This document shows positions 39,434 to 50,627 of a stretch of 64,000 nt of DNA, one piece after another. The position numbers and the translations under genes were made by a program. The stretch's first letter is position 1. Each line of letters opens with the position of its first letter. The stretch is from the IMG/VR virus record IMGVR_UViG_3300037310_000131, positions 1 through 64,000 of that record. One strand, given 5' to 3'. Source of the stretch: a virus. Lineage: Duplodnaviria > Caudoviricetes. The notes under the pieces are model-generated. The model made no database searches and had not been told where the DNA came from. It saw only the letters and a list, made by a program, of their open reading frames with translations.

Positions 39434-40708
39434 ATGTCTAATCCACTGCCCCTTACAATCGACTTTGGTGCCCTCCCGAACACTGGACAGGGGTACACGC
39501 CGCAGGAGTTTGCCGACCGCTTGGCCCTCAATGGTCGCATCTTCACGGAGCAGGCGTTCGCGCTTTTCACGACAGGTGCGACCGCGCCCACAAGCGACAC
39601 CGGCCCGTGGGCCAAGAACGGGAACTCGTGGTACTACTGGGACACCGTCAGCGGGCAGTACGTCCCGTTCGTTCTTGAGCCAGAGAGTCTTGGATACTAT
39701 GTAGGCTCGGCCACCCCGGACCACACCGTCTACACAGTGTGGGTTCAGCTCGATGGCGGCGGCAGCCCGACGGCGCTCAAGACGTACTACGGGGGCGCGT
39801 GGGTGGATGTATACGCGACGACGCTGGCTGGCTACCTGACTACGGCGGCGGCGGCGGCGACCTACCTCACCATCGCCAATGCGGCGGCAACCTATCAGCC
39901 GCTCAACTCGAATCTCACGCTGCTTACCAGCTCGACGCTGGGCGACATCATCTACTCGTCCAACACGAACACGTTGGCCAAGCTGGGAGGCAACACCACG
40001 ACCAACAAGCGCTTCCTTACGCAGACGGGCACGGGCGTGGCGAGCGCGGCTCCGGCATGGGCGGCGATTGTGGCTGGGGATATCCCCGACGTCTCGGCCA
40101 CCTACCTGACGGTGGCCACTGCGGCCGCGACGTATCAGCCACAGGCCAGCATGTCATCGTACCTGACGACAGCAAGCGCGGCCGCCACGTATCAGACGAT
40201 TGCGTCGATGGCCAACTACAGCACGACGTCGCAGATGAACACGGCCATCAACAATGCCGTGTCTGGCCTTGTTGCTGGTGCTGCCTCGTTCTCGGCCCAC
40301 CCAACGGCCACACAGAGCGTAGTGTTCGGCGGCGCGGGCAACCAGACTGGCGCGGTGACGCTTGGCACGGAAGACTTTGACCCAGACAATGTGTTCGCGG
40401 CATCGACCTTCACGGCCCCGGCGACCGGCTACTACCAGTTCAACCTCCTGCTCTCCGTATCGGTTTCATCCGGTTCCCCGACCCACCTCGACATCATTGC
40501 CCTGCTCACGAAGAACGGTTCTGCAGTGGCCTACGCGAACCAGCTTGACGGTGGCGAGACGCTCAACGGCGGCGTGTTTACCGGAAGCGCGTACCTGTAC
40601 CTCGCGGCCAACGACGCCATCGAGCTCCGTTATGACATCACGTCAGACGCGGCCGCCACCGTTGACATTGACTCCAACAGCAAGCTGTCCGGCTACCGCA
40701 TGAAGTAA
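39434..40708 (+). CDS. fibre/spike protein with C-terminal C1q-like domain
   Basis: AAATYLT coiled-coil repeats; SFSA...FDPDNVF...FTAPATGYYQFN...LYLAANDAIEL. Confidence 0.75.
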   Translation: MSNPLPLTIDFGALPNTGQGYTPQEFADRLALNGRIFTEQAFALFTTGATAPTSDTGPWAKNGNSWYYWDTVSGQYVPFVLEPESLGYYVGSATPDHTVYTVWVQLDGGGSPTALKTYYGGAWVDVYATTLAGYLTTAAAAATYLTIANAAATYQPLNSNLTLLTSSTLGDIIYSSNTNTLAKLGGNTTTNKRFLTQTGTGVASAAPAWAAIVAGDIPDVSATYLTVATAAATYQPQASMSSYLTTASAAATYQTIASMANYSTTSQMNTAINNAVSGLVAGAASFSAHPTATQSVVFGGAGNQTGAVTLGTEDFDPDNVFAASTFTAPATGYYQFNLLLSVSVSSGSPTHLDIIALLTKNGSAVAYANQLDGGETLNGGVFTGSAYLYLAANDAIELRYDITSDAAATVDIDSNSKLSGYRMK

Positions 40709-41194
40709 GTGCCAACCGAGATAACAGTCGAGCAAACCACCGACGAACCCTACATCAAGTCCGTGTTCCTCAACCCCGCAATCTATGGCTCCATGAAGGA
40801 CGACTCCTGCCCCGAGTCGCCCATGATTCTGCAGGGCGTGGACATCAAGGCGGTTCCGGGCTTCTTCCTCAAGGCCTGCGTAGATGGCGTGCCTGCTGGT
40901 GCGTGGTGGTTCGTGTGGAAGGGGGAGAACGTGGAGGCGCACACCGCACTACTGGAGAACTGCCGGGGTCGCGATGCCATCCGCGCGGGGCGCATGGCTA
41001 TCGCTTGGGTGTGGCAACACACCGGGGCCAAGGCCATCCAGTCCTACGCATGGTCCGACGCCCCTGCCGTGCACTGGTTCTGCCGCGCCGTAGGCCTCAA
41101 AGCTGGCGACACCGCGCCATGGCCAAACACCCGCAACGGGGCAACGGTGGACATCACGCACTTCTCAATCAGCAGGCCAACGGAGACCAAATAA
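40709..41194 (+). CDS. GNAT-fold protein, P22 gp14-like position
   Basis: 161 aa, CRGRDAIRAGR...HWFCRAVGLK; precedes the ejection genes. Confidence 0.6.
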   Translation: MPTEITVEQTTDEPYIKSVFLNPAIYGSMKDDSCPESPMILQGVDIKAVPGFFLKACVDGVPAGAWWFVWKGENVEAHTALLENCRGRDAIRAGRMAIAWVWQHTGAKAIQSYAWSDAPAVHWFCRAVGLKAGDTAPWPNTRNGATVDITHFSISRPTETK

Positions 41195-41195
41195 C

Positions 41196-42632
41196 ATGCC
41201 AGTAGTACCAGTCCTAGCAGCAATCGGTGGTGGCTCAGCGGCGGCGGGCGCACTGTCCGCTGGCACGGCTGCCCTCGGCGCTTACAGCACCATCAAGGGA
41301 ATATCTGATGCCAAGAAGGCCCAGGCTCAGGCCCAGCAGTCCGCGCAGAACGCGGGCGTCAACATCTCCGAGGTCTCCCGAATGGCAGAGGATCAGGCCA
41401 TGCGCAACATCCAGCGCAGCCGCGAGGTAGAGCAGCAGTACGCGCCCGAGAATGCGCAGTTCCGCACCGCCTCCATGCATAACCTCCTGAGCGAGCTTGG
41501 CCGCGGCGCAGTCTCACCGGAGACGATGGAGTTCATCAACCAGCAGATGGGCCGCACGACCGGTGTTGGCCCGATTGGCGTCACCGGCATGAACGCCGCC
41601 CAGTTTGGCGTTTCCGACACCGCTGCCCCGTCCCGCTTTGATGCGGTTACCATGAGCCCAGAGCAGTACGCGGCTTCCACCACCGCGACCCGTGAGGCTA
41701 ACTCCGCGCTGCTTGGCAACGCCATCGCCCGCGCCCAGCAGGAGCTGGACATGGGCGGGGCCCTTCCTCAGGACGTTCGCAACCTGATTGCAAGAACGGC
41801 TGCCGCAAGGTCTGGCGTGAACACCGGCAATCTTGGCCTTGGCCGCGACATGACCGCCCGAGACCTTGGGCTGACCAGCCTCCAGCTGCGCCAGCAGCGC
41901 CTCGACAACGCCTCCCGCCTTGGTCAGGCCCAGCTTGGGGCGGATCAGTTCAACGTCGGCACCGGCCTGCAAGCTGGTCTGGCCAACATGGCCGCGCTGA
42001 ACGCTGCCGCACAGGGCAACGCTGCGATGCGCCAGAGCGCCTCCCAGTTCAACGCTGGAAGCCAGAACAACATCCTTCAATTCCTCGCGCAGCTCCAGCA
42101 GCAGACGGCGCTGGCGAACACGCAGGGGCGCAACCAAGCCGCTGCCCAGAACGCCCAGCTCCAGCAGCAGGCCGCGCTCGCAAACGCGGACGCAAGCAAC
42201 GTGGCCGCACGGCAGGGCGCGCAGATGGCCCAGCAGGCCAATCAGTTTGATGTCGGTCAGGGAATGAGTCTCGCCCAGCTTCTTGCCCAGCTTGGCCAGA
42301 ATAACTTCGGCAACGCGCTCAATGCGGCCCAGTTTGGGCAGACCATCCAGTCGCCGGTCGTTGGGCTGGACCCAAGTGCAATCGCCAACCTAGCGGTAGG
42401 AAACTCCAACGTGCAGTCAGGCGCGGCCCAGAACGCGGCGGCAATTACGGCGAACAGGGCTCAGGGAGCAAGTCAACTTGGCGGTCAGCTTCTCGGCCTT
42501 GGTGCTAGCATGTACGGCAATAGGCCGCAGCAACAGCAGCAGACGCCGACGCTCCCATCTTATACGGTTCCAACCGGCCTAAACCTAGGCTCTAATCTTC
42601 CATCGGTCCCGGGCTTTAGCCCAAGCAAATAA
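41196..42632 (+). CDS. DNA ejection/pilot protein
   Basis: hydrophobic G/A N-terminus, A/Q/N-rich body. Confidence 0.65.
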   Translation: MPVVPVLAAIGGGSAAAGALSAGTAALGAYSTIKGISDAKKAQAQAQQSAQNAGVNISEVSRMAEDQAMRNIQRSREVEQQYAPENAQFRTASMHNLLSELGRGAVSPETMEFINQQMGRTTGVGPIGVTGMNAAQFGVSDTAAPSRFDAVTMSPEQYAASTTATREANSALLGNAIARAQQELDMGGALPQDVRNLIARTAAARSGVNTGNLGLGRDMTARDLGLTSLQLRQQRLDNASRLGQAQLGADQFNVGTGLQAGLANMAALNAAAQGNAAMRQSASQFNAGSQNNILQFLAQLQQQTALANTQGRNQAAAQNAQLQQQAALANADASNVAARQGAQMAQQANQFDVGQGMSLAQLLAQLGQNNFGNALNAAQFGQTIQSPVVGLDPSAIANLAVGNSNVQSGAAQNAAAITANRAQGASQLGGQLLGLGASMYGNRPQQQQQTPTLPSYTVPTGLNLGSNLPSVPGFSPSK

Positions 42633-42639
42633 CAATACC

Positions 42640-43731
42640 ATGGCAGCAGGCATCCAACCCTCAGGCTTTCAGGTAAGCGTAATGCCCCAGTTTCAGGGCG
42701 CTGACCCTCGCGTGTTCAACCCCTACGGCTCGTTCGGGGCGGGGCTGACCTCTGGCCTGTCCAGCGGTGCCCAGCTTGCCGACATCAGCTTCCGCCGCGA
42801 GCAGGCCGCCCGAGATGCTGTCATGGACGTTTATCGCGAGGAACTGCTAAACAGCCAGATAGCCGATGCTCGAAACCGCGCCGCCATCGGTGACATCGTG
42901 TGGGGTGACGTAAAACAGGAGGAGGCCCCGGGGCGCGAGTTTCCTGCCGCGCAGGCTCCGTATGGGGGGCTTGTCCTAGAGGGCAGTCCGCTCAATGAGT
43001 TTGCCGCAAAGCGCGATGCAAGCGGGCTGCCGATCATGGTTTCCACTGGAAGGCCGTCATACGCGCCGGGAGACCTTTACGAGGTCCAGACCGGCGAGCG
43101 CTTTGTTGGCGGCCGTTCGGTTGGAAGCGTGACCAAGCGCAAGCTCCTGCAGTCTGCGGACGAGCGTGAGTCGGCCCAGATTGCGGAGAGCTACAAGAGG
43201 CGGCTGGATGAGTCTATTCTGGACACCCGCGAGCGCACCGCCGAGGCGGCGGGAATCAGGGCTGAAGAGACCGCCCGCCACAACAGGGTGCTTGAGGAGT
43301 TGCAGAGGATGAGGTACGAGAACGAGCAGCTCAAGATAGCCGACGCCAAGGCCCGCGGCATGCATAACCGAACTATCGAGCGAGAGGGCAAGAAGTGGAC
43401 GCAGTACTACTTCCCAAGCACCCCAGATAAAGTAGAGTACGAAATAGAGTCCGGGGCCGTGAAGGAGAGTGTCGCTCAGGCTATCGAGCGCCTCATCGGT
43501 GGGGCCGCCCCGGCCCCCCTTCCTGGGATGCCAGTAGGCGCCTCTGGCCAAGCCGGGCCAGCTTTGTTCTCAATTCCGGGCGTTACCCCCGTGCAGCCTT
43601 CCCAAGCCCCGGTCGTGCCCACGCCACCTGCAGCGGCAATCCGGCTTTTGAGGTCCAACCCGGGGCTGGCCAGCGAGTTTGCGGCAAAGTACGGCGAACA
43701 GGCCCTGAGAGAGGCCATGGGCGGAATGTAA
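42640..43731 (+). CDS. internal virion protein
   Basis: 363 aa between ejection-type genes. Confidence 0.55.
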   Translation: MAAGIQPSGFQVSVMPQFQGADPRVFNPYGSFGAGLTSGLSSGAQLADISFRREQAARDAVMDVYREELLNSQIADARNRAAIGDIVWGDVKQEEAPGREFPAAQAPYGGLVLEGSPLNEFAAKRDASGLPIMVSTGRPSYAPGDLYEVQTGERFVGGRSVGSVTKRKLLQSADERESAQIAESYKRRLDESILDTRERTAEAAGIRAEETARHNRVLEELQRMRYENEQLKIADAKARGMHNRTIEREGKKWTQYYFPSTPDKVEYEIESGAVKESVAQAIERLIGGAAPAPLPGMPVGASGQAGPALFSIPGVTPVQPSQAPVVPTPPAAAIRLLRSNPGLASEFAAKYGEQALREAMGGM

Positions 43732-43774
43732 TAATTTGCTTGCGTTGCCACGCCAAGCATAGGCTAATTACATA

Positions 43775-46700
43775 ATGCCAAACGTATTCGACCAGTTCGA
43801 CGCGCCGACCCAGCCACGGGCATCCGCGCAGGCAAACGTGTTCGATCAGTTTGACGAACAGCCGGTTGCCACTCAGGCTGCTCCGGTTCCGCAACCAGCC
43901 GAGCCGCTTCCAGACATCTCCACTATTCCGGTCGAGGCGCGAGAGGACATCGGTGAAATTCGTGCCTACGAGCCAAGGGCGATGGATCGTTTTTCCCGCG
44001 CCACGCAGCCGCTCAACGAGCTGATGGGAAAGCTTGCTGCTCCGCCCCCGGGTCTGCACATCCCCCAGATTCCAGACATCGACAAGCTCCAGCCCGGCCT
44101 CGATCCATCGAGGAGCCCGAATGTCCAGCCGGGAAATCTCTTTCTTGGCATGGCCCCGACGCCATCCAATGCAACGGGCCCGCTGTCGGTTGCTACGGGT
44201 GTTGTCAATGCCGCGACCGAAGTTATCCCGTCGCTTATGTCGCCCGTTGGCGTGGCCACGGTGGTCCACAAGGTTCCGTCCTACATCACCCAGCTTCTGT
44301 TGAAGCCCGGCATGGCGGTGAACACCATCGACCAAGTCAATAAGCTGGCGGCGATGTGGGACGACCCATCCATCACGATGGCAGAAAAGACGAAGGCAAT
44401 CACGTCGCTTGTGCTGTCAGCCGGTGCGACCGCCGCGCCACTCATTGGTTCCTCCGGTAAGTATGCCGAGGATGTCCGTGCGGCCGCGGATATGGGCCTC
44501 CGTGGCCCCCGCAGAAAGATGCAAGCGGCCGGCAGGATCATCAACGAGGCCCGTGCTGCTGGGTTCAGGGGCAAGACTGCCGTTGACCTAGAGCGATGGA
44601 TCGCCGAGCGCGTTAATGCGGCCGTTGCCGCGGCGCGTCGCGTCGGCGACGCAGAGATGCCGCCAATCCAGAGGCAGCTTCTTGATCGCACCGCCGAGAA
44701 GACCCCGGAGCAGGCCCTGAAGACGTTCCGCGAGGAGGCCAAGCTGACGGAAGACCCGACCCAGAAGGCCAAGCTGGTGGACATCGCCGACAACCTTGAG
44801 CGCCAGATCATGGAGGCGGACAATGCCAAGGCCGCAGCGGATGACATGCTGGCCGCGCAGAAGGAGCAGCAGAAAATTGCCGAGGAGCAGGCTGCGGTGC
44901 AGGCCAAGGACCAAGCCGTGCAGCAGCTTCCGGCCTCGCTTCAGGGGCTTAATCCGGAGGGCCAGCTTGCGGTTCTTGAGGATGTCTACAAGAAGCACAA
45001 GGCGAACCTTTCCACCGAGGAGGTTGCTCAGTACCAGCAGCTCAAGCAGGGTCTTGAACAGCAGATTGAGGCCACCAAGCAGGCCCAGCAGGCCATCGAC
45101 GCTCAGAACGACCTAGGCAAGCGGCAGGCCCAGCTCGCGCAGGAGGCTGCGCAGCCGCTGATCCAGCCCAAGGCAATCAATCTCGCCAACGCTTCGGCCC
45201 AGTTGGCCAAGAACATGGAAGACCAGCCCGCAGCGGCTCAGTCCGTGCTGAATCGGGGCCAGCCCTCCACCCGGCCTGCACCGCTTGCCGAGCCAGCGCC
45301 GGTTGCTCAGCCGGGCATGCCAGAGCCAGCCGCCGCCAATGCTCCAGCCGCGCAGTCCGAGTCGCTGCCTGATGCACTGCGCAACGCAGAGGTCAATCCG
45401 GATGGCCCGGTTGGTGAGCCGGCTCCCGTGGCCAAGAGCACGCCGGCTGAGCCATCCGCAGCCCCAACAGCGCCCAAGCCAACAAAGCGACTCACCCTGA
45501 AGCAAGCCGAGAAGCAGCTCGCGAAGATTGATGAGGGCAAGCTTGAGTACCTGCGCGAGCAGCTCGCCGCCAAGGAGCTTTCCAAACAGGACTACGAGCA
45601 GCGCGTGCGCGAGTCTCTCAATGTGACAACCGTCGGCGGTGGAGAGGTCGTGTCCAGCATGTCGGAGTATACCGTTGGTAAGGTCGAGCCCAAGCGGGCG
45701 GAGGCAAAGCCAAAGGTTCGTGGCGCTGCCAACACCGGCCGAATCCTGCGGATGATGGGCGACAAGCTATACTCTGCGGACACGTCAAAGACCACGGGCA
45801 AGGAACTTTGGCAGAACTCGGCTGACGCGGTAATGCGCAACCCCGACGACTCCCCACGGAGGGTGTTCATTGGCGCCGATTCAGCCAGCCGCGAGTTCTT
45901 GATGGCCGACACGGGCCCCGGCATGACCCCGGACATCATTATCGACAAGTTCCTGCCCGCAGGGGTTAGCGGCAAGGAGGTTGGGGCGGCTGGCGGTCTT
46001 GGCTTGGCGAAGCTTGCGATCCTCGGCGGCAATGAGGCGTGGACGGTGACAACCGTCGCGGTTGATCCCACCGGCAGGAAGGTTAAGACGGTTTTGAACG
46101 GAAGCGGCATGGCCTACCATGAGTACGCTGAGGGTGGCCCACCCGCAGGCCTTCAGCTCACCCCGGACACGGACATCGAGCTTGGTGACGGGATAACAAT
46201 GCGCTACAGCTACGGTGATGTTGGCCCAGAGACGCCGACCGGAACATCTGTTGTTGTCAAGACAAAAGACCCGTGGAGCGCCCAAGAGTTTGCCAAGAGG
46301 TCGGCAAAGTATTTACCGGATATTGAGGTGTACGACTATTCGCACAAGGTCGACAGCTCGTCTAACAAAGACCCGCTTGAAATGGCGGGGTGGCAGTACA
46401 GTCTGGACGAGAGGGTGCAGCCCGCAGACATGGGCGTCTTCGACTCCGTGGAGACCCCGTTCGCAACGATTGACTTCTTGGCAGACAAGGACCCCAAGAC
46501 GCAGAACGTCCAGTATGTTAATTACGACGTGCTTAATCGCGGAATCCTACAATTCCGTGGCGAAATGGCGCTCCGTGACGTGGCACCGCTTCCGTCCGGC
46601 TTTTCCGTGAACATAAAGCCCAAGGTTCTCGCAGAGGATGCGGCGTACCCATTCAACACGTCGCGTGAATCCGTGACCACCGAGACACAGGGAATAATTG

Positions 46701-49700
46701 AGGGGTATATAAAGAAGCTGGCCGACAAGCATCGCGAGGCAATGCTGGCCAGGTACAAGGACTCCCTTAACTCAGCAGTCAAAATGGAGTTAAATAAGGG
46801 CCTCGTTTTCTTGGACGCCGCAGGCACGGCACCCCGCGAGGTGCTGGAGCGCGTTTCGAGCGACCCAATCGTATCAGAGGTAACCAGAGAGCTTGCTGAA
46901 ATTCAGAACAGAATCCTGAAGATGCTTGCGTACAAGTACCCCGACTCGGGCTACGGTCGCGCATCCTTCGCTGGGCTTCTGACCGGTGGAAACGCCTACG
47001 GTGTTCACTTCGGCAAACAGTACTCCTCGGAGCCGAGCAAGATATATCACGACATCTTTCTTACTTGGGACGATGCGCGCGCCGACGCCGAAAGGTTCCT
47101 GTCAAAGGACTACCCGCAAGACCCGCAAATCGTTGACCAGCTTTTGCCAGAGGCCACCTACAGGTTCTGGAGAAACAAGACGGCTGGCATTGCGCTTCAC
47201 GAAGGCGCGCACCAGATAACGCCATCAGAGGGCGAGCCGCTCTCTAGGGAATTGACATTCAGGGCAGGCGATGCCATTGAGGCACTGGCAGACACACCAC
47301 ACCGCAAGAGGACGCAAGAACAATATGAGCAAATCCATAACACCATCGACAGTTTTGGAAAAGAACTCGCGCTTTCAAGACGCGCTGAAGATGCAGGCAA
47401 TTTCATCGTATCTCAGGGCGGCTACAACGGATACGCCTTCTCGCGTACTGAACCCACTTCGGAGGGAGCTGGCCAAGCTGGAGGAGCGGGTGGCCCGCAG
47501 CCGCCGGAAGGAGCGGGGTCTGGAGTAGGCGGTCAGGCTGGCTCAATCGACCCAACCATACTGTCTCACGCCGGAAGCTCTGCTGCGGGATTCTTGAGCG
47601 GTTACATCTCCGCCGAGAAAGAGAAGGACGAGACCGAGGAGGAGTTTCAGGCCCGCCGACTCAGCCGCGCCCTTGTATTGGCCGCTGGCGGCTTCATGGT
47701 TTCCCACGCGACGAACAACATCATCAAGAATCGTGGTGCGATTGGCCGCTCCAAGACCGTTAGGCAGATGCACGAAGAGGCACTCGGCCTTGAGGGCATG
47801 CCGAACTGGTACTTGGACCTGCGCAAGGCTAACTTCAGGCTTCCGGTGATTGGGAATGTGAGCATGCAGGGCATTCGCACCCACCTAGTCAGCAGCCGCG
47901 CCCGCATCAAGGACATGGTGGCAGAGACCGTTCGTTTGGGCTACAACGACCCGATGGAGGGGGCGAACCCATACCTTGCTGGAAAGCTTTTCCCGGGTGC
48001 CCTTGCCGCAGCCGTACGCCGTGGCGGAAAAGTTGTTGAGGAGACCGAAAAGAAGCTGGTCTCCACCGCGCTTGCCTCTGGCATGGACCCGGTGCTGTTT
48101 GCGGCCAACCTAAACCTGTGGATGGAGCTAAAGCACACGCCGTACTACAACGCCATGCTGGCCTCCCGCGCAGAGCCGGGAACAGTCCCCGGCGGGCACC
48201 GCTTCACCGACGCGGATGCACTTGCTGGCCTGAGGGCGCTGGACGTAAATGGAATGGGCGCAGTGTACGAAGACCTAGCCAAGGACTTCTACAAGATTAC
48301 CCGCATGACCCGTGAAATCATGCGCGACGGTGGCCTTATCAGCGACGAGACGATGAAGGAGTGGGAGAAGATCATGCCATACTATGTGCCGTTCCGCCGC
48401 AACATGCCGGACGACATCAATGGTATTGCTGCCCTCTCCAATCTCGGTGGCGGGCCCGGCCTGAATATCCGAAGCTCTGGCGTCTACCGCATCTCGGACG
48501 CGGGCAGTGACCTCGACGTGTCGGACGTAACGGCAAACATCTACGCCAACCTCAATGACGCCATCGTGCGCGCTCAGAAGAACAAGGTGCAACAGGAGCT
48601 GGTGCGCTTTGTCGAGGATCAGGTCTATCAGGGCAGCCCACGGTTCCTGACCCAGTTCAGGGCTGGTGGATTGGGTCGTCCGGTTACCTCAGTTGGCCCA
48701 GACATTCAGGTTGTCACCCCAAACAGGGTTAGCAAATTTGACGAAAGCCGGATGGTCTCAGTCATGTTCAACGGCAGGCCGAAGTGGGTTGTGTTCCGAG
48801 ACCCGCTTGTGGCCAAGGCGGCAAGCAACCTAAACGCTGACCAGCTTCCTCGCTGGGCGCGGATTGTCGGGGCCCCGGCTCGCGTCCTGTCCGGCCTGTA
48901 TACGAAGTACTCCCTGAACTTCTTGCTCAACAATCCTATTCGTGACCGTGGCGAAGTGGCGTTCAAGCTTGCCTCGCAGGGAGACCTGAAGGGCGCGCTT
49001 GGGCAGCTCAACCCGAAGGACGCCGCTGCGTCCCTGCGCGCACCATGGGACTGGCACATGGGCAACAACACCCCGGAAGCCCGGGAGTTCCAGGACTTCC
49101 TAGACCTTGGCGGCATGACTGATGTGGCCCGCTCAATGAACCGCGAGGGCGTAATCGGGGAGATAAACTCGGGCCGCCATCGTGGGCAGAGCGTACTTCT
49201 GGGCGGGACCGAGAGCATCAAGCGTTTTGTTGACCTGTTGACCGAGCTTTCCGAAGGCTCCACCCGCTACGGTGTGTATGAGCGGGCACTGCGATACGGG
49301 GCAACCCCACAGGAGGCGGCTCTGGCTGCGCGCAACTCGTCCATCGACTTCGGCCAGAAGGGAACCATGGCCCCGACCATGAACGCGATGTATGCGTTCT
49401 GGAACCCGGGCGTTCAGGCCCCGGTTAACGTCGCCAAGTCCATCATCCGCAACCCCGGCGCACTCAGCGCTGCTGCGCTGGCATTCACTGGCCTGATTGT
49501 CCTGAGCGACATCATCAACTCGTCCACAGACCCCGACTGGAAAAAGAACAAAGCCATGGCGGTCAAGCGCAGCATCGGTGTTCCGTTCATTTACGGCCAA
49601 GACCCGAAGACGGGAGAGTACACCACCGTCACGATCCCTGTCCCGTATGGGCTCCGCGCCATCAAGGGCTCCGTCGATCTTTCGATTGACTACGGCAACG

Positions 49701-50590
49701 GTGAGCTAAGTGGCGAGCACGGCAAGCAGGAGTTCGGTCGTTTTGGCGGCATGTTGATGGATAGCTTCAATCCGCTTGGGACCATCAACCTGTCCTCCGC
49801 CGCGCTGCCCACGGCCACGAAGCCGCTGATGGACATCTGGACCAACGAAGCCTTCTCTGGCCGACCCATTGTCCCGACTTGGATGCACAGCGACCCGAAC
49901 CTGCCGGATAGCGCCAAGAGATTTGCCAACAGTCGCGCCAACTTCCTTGGCAATATGTCGGTCAAGTTCGCAGACCAGCTATCCGATGCGGGAATCGAAA
50001 TCAGCCCGGACAGGATGCGCTATCTTGTCAGCTCCTATGCCGGTGGTCCGGGCAGGCTGCTCGGGGACACCATCAATAGCCTTGCCGCCCCTCCGTCTGG
50101 CGCAGAGACTCGCGCCTCGGACGTCCCGGGCATGAGCGCATTCTTCGGTCGCGCCAGCACCGAGGGTAAGGAGTACCAGACCGATGACTACATTGACGCC
50201 AAGGCCGCGATGATTAAAGCCAAGGGCGTGGTCTCCAAGGTGGGCACAGACGCGGCGTTCTTCTACAACCAGAACCTCAAGGACAAGAGTCTGAAAGAAC
50301 AGGTCGAGGCCGTGCGTGGAGCCATCGAGAAGGGCGAGGCCCCGCGTGACCCGGTTTTCATCAGGAACATTGTCAACAGGATTCTTGAGGACACCAAGGG
50401 CCGCGAGCCCACCGAAAAGGTCATCGCCGAAATCCCCAATGACTACGATATGCGGGCCGAGTTCATCTACAGCCGTTACGTCAAGATGCCGAAGGAGGAG
50501 GGCAACAAGATGCTGCTGGAGCTGGCGGAGCGGGGGGTTATCAATGACGACACCGTCGCGGGCCTTGCCAGAGTCATGGCCCCAAAATAA
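43775..50590 (+). CDS. large polyvalent ejection protein with GHKL ATPase, HExxH motif and LPD38-like C-terminus
   Basis: NVFDQFD repeats; ELWQNSADA, DTGPGM, GGLGLAK; HEGAH; YAFWNPGVQ...IPVPYG...TNEAFSGRPIVP. Confidence 0.75.
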   Translation: MPNVFDQFDAPTQPRASAQANVFDQFDEQPVATQAAPVPQPAEPLPDISTIPVEAREDIGEIRAYEPRAMDRFSRATQPLNELMGKLAAPPPGLHIPQIPDIDKLQPGLDPSRSPNVQPGNLFLGMAPTPSNATGPLSVATGVVNAATEVIPSLMSPVGVATVVHKVPSYITQLLLKPGMAVNTIDQVNKLAAMWDDPSITMAEKTKAITSLVLSAGATAAPLIGSSGKYAEDVRAAADMGLRGPRRKMQAAGRIINEARAAGFRGKTAVDLERWIAERVNAAVAAARRVGDAEMPPIQRQLLDRTAEKTPEQALKTFREEAKLTEDPTQKAKLVDIADNLERQIMEADNAKAAADDMLAAQKEQQKIAEEQAAVQAKDQAVQQLPASLQGLNPEGQLAVLEDVYKKHKANLSTEEVAQYQQLKQGLEQQIEATKQAQQAIDAQNDLGKRQAQLAQEAAQPLIQPKAINLANASAQLAKNMEDQPAAAQSVLNRGQPSTRPAPLAEPAPVAQPGMPEPAAANAPAAQSESLPDALRNAEVNPDGPVGEPAPVAKSTPAEPSAAPTAPKPTKRLTLKQAEKQLAKIDEGKLEYLREQLAAKELSKQDYEQRVRESLNVTTVGGGEVVSSMSEYTVGKVEPKRAEAKPKVRGAANTGRILRMMGDKLYSADTSKTTGKELWQNSADAVMRNPDDSPRRVFIGADSASREFLMADTGPGMTPDIIIDKFLPAGVSGKEVGAAGGLGLAKLAILGGNEAWTVTTVAVDPTGRKVKTVLNGSGMAYHEYAEGGPPAGLQLTPDTDIELGDGITMRYSYGDVGPETPTGTSVVVKTKDPWSAQEFAKRSAKYLPDIEVYDYSHKVDSSSNKDPLEMAGWQYSLDERVQPADMGVFDSVETPFATIDFLADKDPKTQNVQYVNYDVLNRGILQFRGEMALRDVAPLPSGFSVNIKPKVLAEDAAYPFNTSRESVTTETQGIIEGYIKKLADKHREAMLARYKDSLNSAVKMELNKGLVFLDAAGTAPREVLERVSSDPIVSEVTRELAEIQNRILKMLAYKYPDSGYGRASFAGLLTGGNAYGVHFGKQYSSEPSKIYHDIFLTWDDARADAERFLSKDYPQDPQIVDQLLPEATYRFWRNKTAGIALHEGAHQITPSEGEPLSRELTFRAGDAIEALADTPHRKRTQEQYEQIHNTIDSFGKELALSRRAEDAGNFIVSQGGYNGYAFSRTEPTSEGAGQAGGAGGPQPPEGAGSGVGGQAGSIDPTILSHAGSSAAGFLSGYISAEKEKDETEEEFQARRLSRALVLAAGGFMVSHATNNIIKNRGAIGRSKTVRQMHEEALGLEGMPNWYLDLRKANFRLPVIGNVSMQGIRTHLVSSRARIKDMVAETVRLGYNDPMEGANPYLAGKLFPGALAAAVRRGGKVVEETEKKLVSTALASGMDPVLFAANLNLWMELKHTPYYNAMLASRAEPGTVPGGHRFTDADALAGLRALDVNGMGAVYEDLAKDFYKITRMTREIMRDGGLISDETMKEWEKIMPYYVPFRRNMPDDINGIAALSNLGGGPGLNIRSSGVYRISDAGSDLDVSDVTANIYANLNDAIVRAQKNKVQQELVRFVEDQVYQGSPRFLTQFRAGGLGRPVTSVGPDIQVVTPNRVSKFDESRMVSVMFNGRPKWVVFRDPLVAKAASNLNADQLPRWARIVGAPARVLSGLYTKYSLNFLLNNPIRDRGEVAFKLASQGDLKGALGQLNPKDAAASLRAPWDWHMGNNTPEAREFQDFLDLGGMTDVARSMNREGVIGEINSGRHRGQSVLLGGTESIKRFVDLLTELSEGSTRYGVYERALRYGATPQEAALAARNSSIDFGQKGTMAPTMNAMYAFWNPGVQAPVNVAKSIIRNPGALSAAALAFTGLIVLSDIINSSTDPDWKKNKAMAVKRSIGVPFIYGQDPKTGEYTTVTIPVPYGLRAIKGSVDLSIDYGNGELSGEHGKQEFGRFGGMLMDSFNPLGTINLSSAALPTATKPLMDIWTNEAFSGRPIVPTWMHSDPNLPDSAKRFANSRANFLGNMSVKFADQLSDAGIEISPDRMRYLVSSYAGGPGRLLGDTINSLAAPPSGAETRASDVPGMSAFFGRASTEGKEYQTDDYIDAKAAMIKAKGVVSKVGTDAAFFYNQNLKDKSLKEQVEAVRGAIEKGEAPRDPVFIRNIVNRILEDTKGREPTEKVIAEIPNDYDMRAEFIYSRYVKMPKEEGNKMLLELAERGVINDDTVAGLARVMAPK

Positions 50591-50627
50591 TCCTTGACCC
50601 GCAGCCCCAGCGTGGTAGGGTGTCTGC

